A stretch of DNA of 63,977 bases, the filler included, from Welwitschia mirabilis (taxonomy: Eukaryota), in NCBI GenBank assembly GCA_051453625.1. It is 6 parts of one record of this genome, joined end to end, with 100 filler letters (N's around TTAATTAATTAA, not from the genome) between each part and the next. Parts side by side here need not be neighbours in the genome. Positions count along the whole stretch, not along the records: positions 51,007 to 62,628 come from JBOZIK010000001.1; positions 62,729 to 63,977 come from JBOZIK010000001.1; 4 more parts are not named here. One strand, written 5' to 3'. Shown piece after piece: positions 54,001 to 63,977 of the stretch. The stretch's first letter is position 1; each line of letters starts with the position of its first letter. Under the pieces are notes generated by a model. The model was given only the letters and a program-made list of their open reading frames with translations, was not told the origin of the DNA and did no database searches. The position numbers were made by a program, and so were the translations under genes.

Positions 54001-55139
54001 AAACTTTAATATTCCTACAATTTAAGTTCTAATAAACATTGATACCAAAAGAAACTAATAAGCTTAAACAATGTTATTTTAATGGAATGCTTAAGTTTTC
54101 CTTATTATAGTCATTCATAAATATCTAATATTAGAGTAATGTAGTTGTGATAGAGCTAATGATCAAGAAATATGTTCACTAAATGGTCTTCTTTATTAAA
54201 GTTACAAAATTATTCATGAGTATTATTAATTACCCATCTATATGTGTAATTCTTTTTCTTTACATTTTATGCATTTTGTTCTTTTGATGGCTTCCTTGCC
54301 TTTATCCTAGAGAGATAAACATTTGAAAATGTTTAAATATTATACAATAGCTAATGACAGCTAAGTTTGGAACATTCAGTGGCTATTTTATTTTCCATCA
54401 ATTTTTTTGAAATAGACATCATTTACACAATAGACATTTCTATTAGAAAGACATGTTTATCTTAAAAGACATCTTTGGTAAACTATGAAGATTTCAATAC
54501 AATTTAAACTACTATATCTTTGATCCTTAGAGATCATGAATTCATTGTATAAAACTTGTTTGATTCCATGGAATATAGATAATTAATCATAGTATAATCT
54601 ATCTCTATTACCTATTTTAGTTTATAATAAACATCTTTAATTTTGTGTATGTCTTTTAGTAAGTAAAGCAGTATAGATGTCTTTAATTTGCTAGACGTCT
54701 CTTACTTTTCATAGCTTCTTGGCTTAGCATAAATGTCTTTGACATGATAGACTTATTTTCCTATGACAAAGTCCAATTTTAATCAAAAATTTTAACATTT
54801 AATCAAAGATTTTAATAATAAGATGAAATATTTCTAACATTAACATATACTTCTAAAAGTAAAAGGTCTAAAAAATAATTATATATTCATCCAAATATGT
54901 ACATCAAAAATGAATATGTATTTTTGTAAGTTCATCTAGCATGGGTCTTTGATAAAAATAATCTAATTGATTTATGTTAATTTATTCATATTTTTTATTT
55001 AATGTTAAAACATGATTGAAACTTAGCATTGTGTGTTTAGTAAGGCTAAACCTTAAAAAGAAATGAATTTCTTCTATAACTTTAGCTTTATCATTATAAT
55101 CTTGATGGATTTAAAAAATATATTTTTTTCCATCTAAAT

Positions 55140-55510
55140 TTAGGAATTTTTAAACTTAAAGGAAAGAGGTGAATGATTTTAACCAAATAAATTCTTAACA
55201 ACTAACAAATAAAATTCATAATAAAGACCTTACCAATTTACATGGTTTCCCAACCTAGATACATCACACAAAGGATAGTTTTTCTTCACACCCATGGATA
55301 TCCTTAACTTGTAAAATAGTGATTTGGGAGCACCACCAATCTTATAACCAAATGAGATGCTCTCCTTAAGGTAGCACTATCTTCCCCTTAGTGATTATAA
55401 TAAATCTATACATAATAGTACTCTTAGACACTTTATAAATAACAAATAGCATACTCATATAAGGATTGTCTTACACCTTAGAATCCTCAAGCTAAGAACC
55501 CTAGAAAAGG
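55140..55510 (-). repeat. Second partial copy of the 53620-53960 LTR-like block
   Basis: Shared aataaagacctta.caa.tt..catggtt...aac.t.gata...gtaaaatagtg.ttt..gagca.ca..aatctta. Confidence 0.7.
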
Positions 55511-56619
55511 CATATACAAAAACTCTTAAACTAGAAATTGAGAGATTCAATAATCAGATAATCCTATGTTCATAGTGAAATCTTGCTATGCTTGTATCTA
55601 TCACTAATGTAGATTTAGTAGTAATATCATCCTACGGATACAAATCTTACATGACTAAATCCACCTGATATCAATAAAGAAATCATAATAAGAAGGAGTA
55701 GAGGAACTAAAACTATAGAAGAGAACTAGAAATGAAACATAGGACTAGAAATAAAACATAGCATTCAAACTAGCATAATAACTTCATGGAAAAACATAAG
55801 CACTAAAGTTAGTTCATGTAGATTTTACTCTAAGTGACATAATCTCATCCACCATATACATGAGGATCATATAATTTTAGCTCAAGTACAATGATATGAT
55901 CTCATCCATAATAGTCAAGGTGATATATTTAATTCACTTAGACTTTACAACAAGAATTAAATAAGCATAAAAATTAGAAGTCTTCCAAGATCCATCAAAT
56001 AAACATTTAGACTATGTAATCTAGAATGAAAAGGAAATTCACTAAAAGGATATTAAAGTAATAAGATTTATTATTCAATCCTAAGTATAAGAAGTATAAG
56101 ATCCATTAAAACTTAATATCAAAATAATATATTAAGGATGTGCAACACTTTATTATCAGAAAGTAAAAGCATATAATTTATAAAAGCACTAATGTTAAAC
56201 CATGAAGTATCATGCTATCTTAGTAGTTACTCCATTCTTATGGGAGGCTTAGAAAGAATTCATGAATTAAGCTTTAATATTTTGTGCAATATAAAAATGA
56301 TATAATTGATAGGATTGAGAACCCTAGAGGGGGTGGGGGATGAATAGGTTCTTTTAAAATCTCAATAATTAATCTAAAATAAAAATATTTGAAACTCAAC
56401 TTGCATATGAAAATAAATTATTCTAGTATATGCACAAAATGATAAGATACTGAAAGTAAAGAATCAAAAATTAAAAGCAAAAACTACCAATTTGATTCAA
56501 GCCAGATTTATAGTGGTTCAAAAAACTCCCCTACTCCACTCTCGAAGATCAGCTTCTTCTAAGCTGAATCTCGGATCTCTGTTACTCCACCAAGTATTCC
56601 AGGTTCATCTGTAACCTTT

Positions 56620-56760
56620 ATAAATGAACTTTTCTAGGCTAAGTCTTAACTTTTACAATGGACTTTTCAAGGGTTAGTCTCAACCTATAGCATGGACTTT
56701 TCAAGGCTTAGTCTCAAACTAAGGCATATAATTTTCAAGGCTTAATCTCAACCTATAGAA
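56620..56760. repeat. ~34-bp tandem repeat x4 within the LTR (mirrored at ~62265-62400)
   Basis: atggacttttcaagg.ttagtctcaacctatagc units in both LTRs. Confidence 0.88.
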
Positions 56761-58428
56761 AACAATGATAGTAATGTAGTAATGCCTCAATAGCACAGAT
56801 ATCACTTGTTCTAAAAATAATACAATAGATGGAGTTATCCTCCTATAGAAATATAACAATGTAGCTCTAGACTTGACTAGAAACGAAGTATGAATGTCAA
56901 AGGTAGATCACCTTCTGTCAGCAATGTGGAAGCCAAGATACAACAATGTCAATACACAGCTTGATCTTTTAGATCCAAAATGATTTAGCCAAGTGATAAT
57001 AGTTTCAAAAGCTCTTTTCGTCATCTATGACTTAGCTATTTATAATAAAAGTCTATTAGGATTTATTACATTTGAATTGCTCCTTCAACGACTATAAACA
57101 ACTATAAAATCGCTATCTAACGGTTAGATAACGGATACATAATATTTACAAAAATTTCTTTTCCATGTCGTCTAGTCCATCTCACAAAAATCTAGTCGAC
57201 CCCATGTGTTGCTGTGAATTACACAGGTCACCGAAGAGAAAGATTCAGTCACCATAGGTTTTTACATCTTCATATCTGGTCGACCCCAATCTAGTCAATT
57301 CCATCCTAGGTTTGGTTGACCCCTTTACTCTTGCTCTGGGAGTACTATTTGTCAGGTTCTCGAATCTAGTCGATCCCATGAAAATCTAGTCAACCCCTTT
57401 CCATTTGGTTCAGAGACTCTAGTTCTGCAAGTTATAGGTCTAGTTAACTCCATCAGAATCTAGTTAATCCCTCTAGAAGTAGTTTATTTTCCTTTGACAT
57501 CTTCAAGTGCAGTCGATCCCTTTAGAATCCCATCAACTCGTCTGGAGAGTGAATAAGTAGATAGGTTTTTGGTGCACATTTTATTCCATCTTTTAACTTG
57601 TAAAAACCTTAATATCTTCTATACAAAATATACAACATTGGCTATACAAAAGACATTAGTTTAACATAAATTGACAAAACATAATTCAACAATATCCCCC
57701 TTGACATTAATTGCAAACAAATAAGTAATTTCAAAATCAAACAAAATTTTATTTTTAAGCTCTTTTCTAATACTTTCAAGAACTCCCCCTTACTTAAGGC
57801 CATATAAGTAATATTAAGCAATAAGTGTAAACCAAATACAAATCATATTCAATTTGATGTGAATAATACATTTCTCCTTCTTTGATATTAATAGCAAAGA
57901 ATTATAAACCTTAAATATGTAGCCAGAAATATCAAATGTTTTTCCCCCTAACTTAATTCCAAAGTAATAATCCAAGTTTGAGATAAGTTAAGGTATTTTG
58001 AATAAATAATATTTTATGCTTTTGAATGCAAACAATTTAATTAAGCACAATTTAGGAATTAAGAAGACATAATGATAATTATAATGTAATTAGAAACACT
58101 TATTTAATCAGATGACATAAATATTTTGGTTCATTTTCAAATGTTATAATAATTTAAGCTTTCCAAAATAAGCACATATAATATCACACTACCAAATAAA
58201 ATATATCAAATGTTATTAAGACTGTGCTAAAATGGATAAATAAATTGCATTATAAGTAAAGCATTATAAGTCTAACATGCAAAGATTACATATGAAAAAG
58301 TTCTTATCAAGAGCATACAACTGAAATTCAACAAACAAGTACAACTAAATTTCCCTTTTTAACACCAAAAGAAAAATAGAGAACACCAAATATAATCTGA
58401 AAAATAACATATTTTAATCAGACTGATT

Positions 58429-59410
58429 CTATTCTTCCTCTTCTTCTTCCTTATCTTCTCTAGTGTGAGTAGAACTGATAGCCTTAACTAAGGTATTTAC
58501 AATGTCATATCCAACTGCAATGAGGGCTTCTTTCATATGTCTGGTATGGGAGTTAATCCATCTTAGATATGAAAGAGTCTCATTAAGAGATGCTTCCTTT
58601 AGAGGAAGTAAAGATATGCATGCGAGAGAAGGTTGCATATCCAATGAGTGACATCAGCTAAATGGATTCCAACTTAGGATGAAAAGTAACTTGAAAATGA
58701 TAATAAATGATGGTAATAAGCACAGAGTAGGGTAAAGCCCTAGTTTTGTGGTACTCCAACTGCGAGGCCATATTCTTCAGTATTCTAGTAAGATCATCAA
58801 TGGAATGCTCAGTTCCTACCAAATACATTAAATAGACTCAATAGCAGGAGGCCTCATCATGATGGCCAGTTAAAGGTAATAAGTTATAAGTAAAAACCAA
58901 ATGAAGAAAACAATATTTGGGAGTTAACAAAGAGTTTAGATGAAGTATGCTTCCAAGTGTGCATCCTACCATAAATCATCCTAGTAACAACAGGTTTGTC
59001 TTCCATGGTATCTCTAAGAGGCCAAAACTCCTTGTAGTCTTCCCTTGAAAGATCAGTCAGTTGAGAGATAAGTTTTTCTGTTACTATTATCCTCTTATCC
59101 AAAATAAGGGTTTTAAGAGTCCTGAAATCACAATCAAAAGAGGCATTATAGTAAAACATCCTACTAAAAAATGGATAAGCCAAATCTAAAATACCTAAGA
59201 AGTGATCAAGATTTTGATCTCTCATAAGTTGGATTACTTCCATGAGTTCCTCGAGCTCAGATGTAGCTATAGATCTCTCTTGGCACACTACTTTTTCCTC
59301 AAACTTCTCATTGAACTTTTAATATCATCTTCTGACATTCCTTGGTAGAAGATCACTGGATCCCTTGAAGGGGCCTCCTTTGTTCTTCTCCTAAAAGTAC
59401 TTATAGCCAT
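58429..59410 (-). pseudogene. env-like extra ORF of the Sirevirus element (frameshifted)
   Basis: ATG at 59408-59410 gives MAISTFRRRTK..., continuing through ORF 58884-59288 (QERSI...FLGILDLAYPFFSRMFYYNA) to an acidic end EDKEEEEEE* at 58429. It lies between pol and the 3' LTR, where Sireviruses carry their env-like gene. Confidence 0.72.
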
Positions 59411-62400
59411 TCTGACACTTTTGCAAGTAAAAACACTGAGAAAATCACTAGATTTGGAAGCAAGATCTCTAGATCTTGAGATAAAATCACTAGATCTGAG
59501 GGCTAAAAGGAGCTAGAACACAATGAAAATAAGTTAGGGTTCTATCTTTTTTATAGACTGAAGGCAATAGGACGAAATGAAGAAAGAAATTGAGTCCACT
59601 AGCTATATTTCCACACTGTAATGCATCAAACCCAATCAACCACTTGAGGTTTTTATTAATCCGTCGAGATGCAGGTATACATTACTAGAAGAGGTCCAAG
59701 TGACTGAGCCTTTAGTCTCATTGACTGAATCACAGATCTGATCGATCACCCTACAATCAGCCAAGGGATAGTGACTGAACTCCCAGATCATTTTGATAAT
59801 TAAGCCATTGATTATAGACACTAGGTGTTTCATCAGAATTTACAAAATAACATTTAATTTTGTCAAAATTCTTCCTAATATTATAGTTTGTAAGAAACAT
59901 TTAATCAATATCTAATCTATAAGTATTATCCACACGTTTTGCAAGAAAAATAAAAGCATTCATTTTTTCATCCACAATAGTACATTTCAATTTTTCAAAA
60001 ATTATTTTATATCCTTTATTACAAAGTTGACTCACACTTAATAAATTGTGTTTAAATCCATTAACATAAAGCACATTATCAAGTTTAGGTAACATACCTC
60101 CCTTGATGCATCCAGTACCTTCTATTTGTGCTATTTCATTATTTCCAAAGATGACTTCTTCTCCATTTATGCTATTCAAGTTTTGAAAGCTTGATTTTTT
60201 TCTTGACATATGCCTTGAATAACCACTATCTACATACCAACTGTTCATACATGGTTCTCCAAAATCTATCTGTGTCAAAAAACTTTGAAGAATGTTAGCT
60301 TTAATCCACTTAGTCTTATTTGACTTAGGTGGTATATTTTTCTAGGAACAAACTTAAAGGAAAATGTGTTTACATTTTTAGAGAAAAGCATTAACTATCT
60401 AACTTTGCAAAAAGGTTTTGAACGATCAAACTTATCACAAAAATTACACAAAAGTTTAGGCACATACTTACTTATCTGGTTTACCTGTTTTTATGATTTT
60501 TGTGTACTAAAGCCAATATCTGATTTGTCTCCTATGAGATTTTGTATTCCAAGCATCTGTTTCAATCTAGAAGANNNNNNNNNNNNNNNNNNNNNNNNNN
60601 NNNNNNNNNNNNNNNNNNNNNNNNNNNNNNNNNNNNNNNNNNNNNNNNNNNNNNNNNNNNNNNNNNNNNNNNNNNTTCTTTTTTTTGGTAATATATTTCA
60701 TGGTTTTGTTTAACTCATTTATTCTCTTAGCTAGCTTTTCACACTTCTCATATAACTCTTGACATATGTCTTCTAGATCATCTTCTTCTTCATTTATCAT
60801 ATTCAAATCATCAGGCATTGATGTGCTAGGAGCATCCTTGAGAGTTGACATAAAAGCCATGAATGACAACCTTCTTTATCTGTTTGATTTATGATCTGAA
60901 TAGTTTTCTTCATCTTCATAATTTTCATTATCCTAAATAGCCATGAATGAGGGATTTCTTGACTTCTTGTTATCTCTCCTTTTGTTGAGGTACTCATTTG
61001 TCATATGTCCAAATCCTTTACATGAGTAGCATTGGATTTATTTCTCTTTTTTTGGATCTCTTCTTTGTCTTGGATTACTTATCTTTGTATTCTTACTCAG
61101 TTCACCTTTCTTTTTCTTCCTATAAATTTTTTTTTAAATCTTTTAGCTAGAAGAGCCACTTAATCATCATTAAATTCCTCATCTGATTTTTTATATCTAT
61201 AGTCTTCCTGCACACATTTTAAAGTAATACCTTTTCTTTTATCTTTAATAAATTTAAGCTCATAGGTTTTCAAATTACCTTAGAGTTCTTCCAACGCCAT
61301 TGTATTGATGTTATTGCTTCTTCCATGGCTGTCACCTTTGGTTGAAATCTCTTGAATAGGGATCTTAAGACTTTTCTTACCACTTTTCTTTCCTCCATGC
61401 ATTCTTTGAGGCTTGTCATTGAGTTTACAATATCCGTAAGTCTAGCAAAAAATTCTTGCAAGGTTTCTTCTTCATCCATATGAATATCTTCAAATTTAGA
61501 AATAAGGATGTGTAGTTTAGCTTGTTTAATTATTGAGGTTCCTTCGTGTGGTACTTCAAAAATTTCATAAGCTTCCTTAGCATGGTTACAGTTTGCTATT
61601 CATTTAAATTCATTTACACACATCATACAAAAAATTGCATTAAGATCATGAGCTTATCTGCGGCTATCCATTAGTCTCTGGATTTGGCAACTAGGATAGT
61701 ATTGCCATTTGTATCAGTTTGGATTATCATAGACATAGTATAACCTTTGCAAATAACTTCCTCAATGTCGGCATCTAGGTATATAAGAAATATTCTCATC
61801 TTAGCTCTCCAATAAGCATAGTTTAACCCATCAAACATAGGTGCATGACTAGTTGAAAATCCATTAGAAAGGTTACTTATTTTTAGGGTTCTGGAGTCAA
61901 GATTGGTTAGAATCTAATGTAGACTCAACCTAGCTCTGATATTAAATGATAGGATCGAGAACACTAGAGGGGCGAGGGGCAAGAATAGGTTCTTTCAAAA
62001 TCTTAATAATTAATTTGAAATAAAATTATTTGAAATCCAACTTGCATATGAAAATAAATTATTCTAGTATTTGCACAAAATGATAAGATACTGAAAGTAA
62101 AGAATCAAAAATTAAAAGCATAAACTACCAATTTTATGCAAGCCATATTTATAGTGGTTTGGAAAACTCCTCTACTCCACTCTCAATGATTAGCTTTTCC
62201 CAAGCTGGATCTCAGATTTATGTTACTCCATTAGGTATTCCAGGTTTACCTATAATCTTTATAAACAGACTTTTTCCAAGCTAAGTTTTAACCTTCATAA
62301 TGGACTTTTCAAGGATTAGTCTCAACCTATAGCATGTACTTTTTAAGTCTTAGTCTCAACCTATAACATGTACTTTTCAAGGCTTAGTATCAACCTATAG

Positions 62401-62538
62401 AAAATAATAATAGTGATGTAGTGATGCCTCAATAGCATAGATATCATTTATTCTGAAAACAATGCAATATATGAAGATCTCCTCCAATAGAAATATACTA
62501 ATGTAGCTCTAGAACTGACTAGGAAAGAAGTATGAATG

Positions 62539-62628
62539 TGTAACATCCTAGCTTTAATTACCCTAATTAACCATAATATTTTTTTTTGTATAGTTATTAA
62601 CTATCATGCACAACGGAACCTAGGATCA
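62539..62628. mobile_element. Edge of another LTR nested in the Sirevirus 5' LTR
   Basis: LTR-LTR similarity stops at tatgaatgt (62539) and switches to TGTAACATCC, a typical gypsy LTR terminus. A scaffold spacer follows. Confidence 0.55.
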
Positions 62629-62728
62629 NNNNNNNNNNNNNNNNNNNNNNNNNNNNNNNNNNNNNNNNNNNNTTAATTAATTAANNNNNNNNNNNNNNNN
62701 NNNNNNNNNNNNNNNNNNNNNNNNNNNN

Positions 62729-63600
62729 TAAAACTATCACAACTCTTAACCATGAGGCTTCAACTTCCCAAAATAATAAGAACAATAAGGAAGAGGATAT
62801 TGAAATTCTAGAAAATCATTTCTTCCCTTCTTCACTGAGCAACAAAAAGAAAAATTATTCACAAAAGAGACTTGCTACCCCATGGCTTAATAGGATTAAC
62901 GAAAACCCTATCTTTGATGATCACTTAAAAGACTTAATGCAAAATGTAAGCATCAACTTACCTTTTTAAAAAATTTTGCAAGAAAACCCTAAATACTCTA
63001 AGCTATGAAAAGACCTAATCAAAAGAAAACAAAAAAAAAAAAACCATCCCTAGTAAGGTTTTCCTAGCTCCATCCATTAGTAATTTAGTTTTCAAGAAAT
63101 GTTCAAAATTTAAAGATCCATAAGCAGCAACTGTTAGTGTCACCTTAGAGGAAAATCAAAGAATTAAGAAAGATTTGATTAGATATAGGAGCTAGTGTTA
63201 ATATCATACCCTTGCACATTTGTAAATGTTTAGGATTGAAAGAATGAATAGAACCTACACAAATTGTCTTGGAGTTAACTGATGCATCCATAAAAAAGAC
63301 CTTTAGATATGATAAAGGACTTGGTTATTCTGATAGAAAAAGCCTTCTACCCGATAGATGTAGTTGTTTTAGAGGTTGAGCATCAAAATGGATATCCCCT
63401 ACTACTAGGTAGAGATTTTTGTGCAACAACCCATTACATCATAAACACTAGGGCTGGATTAATGAAAAATCACTTTGGAATCAAATAATTTTTAATATGA
63501 GTCTTTTATGCCACTGAAAAAGAGTTGAGAAATGATTTAGATTTGGAAGAAGATATAAAATCAACCCTATCTTTATAGAACCATCCAAACCTAAAGCAAA
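62729..63600 (+). mobile_element. Second copy of the gypsy gag-end/protease region (paralogue of 49550-50400)
   Basis: Shared ccatgaggcttcaac...ccccatggctt.atagg..aac...gatgatca; DIGASVNIIPLHICKCLGL; FYPIDVVVLEVEH. Confidence 0.88.
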
Positions 63601-63977
63601 CAATAAAAGAATAAATCATAAAAATTATGGATGAAAAATGGTATGCACACATAGAAAATGATTGAAATGATATGAGGAATTTTAGATGCAACTGTGAACA
63701 TCATAGAAGTATTTGTTTCCTATCTAAGTTCTTTCTTAGCCTACTCCCTTAGGTTAAATATTGTAACTTTACTTGATCATCTTTTAACTTGACTTGTGTA
63801 TTATCATGATTAGTTTTATACTTGAGCATTTATAAGTGGTAAGATTGGATTCATCTAATATTGAGACATTTTCATGTCTATGGATTATATTTACAGGAAA
63901 ATACCTTGTTTTTTGTGTTGTTTTTTTCAATGGTGGTTAAATCTTAAGTTATCAAGGAGTGTTCTCTTCTATCTTTT

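Larger units (their letters stand above)
56307..62538 (-). mobile_element. Sirevirus (SIRE/Maximus copia) element, internally deleted: 3' LTR 56307-57691, 5' LTR from 61947 (truncated), gag-protease, env-like ORF
   Basis: Colinear LTRs begin tgatagga..gagaac.ctagagggg...gaatagg. Decayed PBS gctctgatatta at 61933-61944. PPT AGGGGGATAT-TG at 57690-57702. gag APMFDGLNYAYWRAKMRIFL, VRKVLRSL.KRFQPKVTAMEE, knuckle IQCYSCKGFGH; protease WYVDSGYSRHMS...VLYVNGFKHNLLSVSQLC. Confidence 0.93.

Noticed and set aside
56620..57540. Short repeats with spacers superficially like a CRISPR array
   Set aside because: Eukaryotic LTR context, degenerate units, irregular spacing, the 34-bp array is duplicated in the partner LTR, and there are no cas genes.
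1..63977. Species assignment (large introns and ancient TEs suggest an Amborella-like angiosperm)
   Set aside because: Cannot be established without a database search; left unassigned.

Overview
This is AT-rich, gapped draft-assembly DNA from a flowering-plant nuclear genome, not prokaryotic. The only host gene I can support is the 3' part of a minus-strand SDIR1-like RING-H2 E3 ubiquitin ligase. It has two clean 123-nt GT-AG exons, 12015-12137 and 4823-4945, both missed by the ORF track and separated by a 7-kb intron that contains an LTR element. Its upstream exons are not visible in the readable sequence. The rest is old, degenerate, partly nested transposons: several Ty1/copia elements (one carrying a hAT-type MITE), two L1-type LINE 5' halves, a cluster of Athila-like Ty3/gypsy fragments, and two Sirevirus-type elements. 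One Sirevirus has lost INT/RT/RH but kept gag, protease, an env-like ORF, multiple PPTs and palindromic LTR motifs. Five N44-TTAATTAATTAA-N44 blocks are artificial scaffold spacers. I found no convincing new biological system. The best leads are a candidate in-frame microexon inside the RING domain, the pol-deleted env-bearing Sirevirus, and the contrast in decay pattern between TEs near the gene and distal TEs. Element boundaries marked approximate were read by eye.
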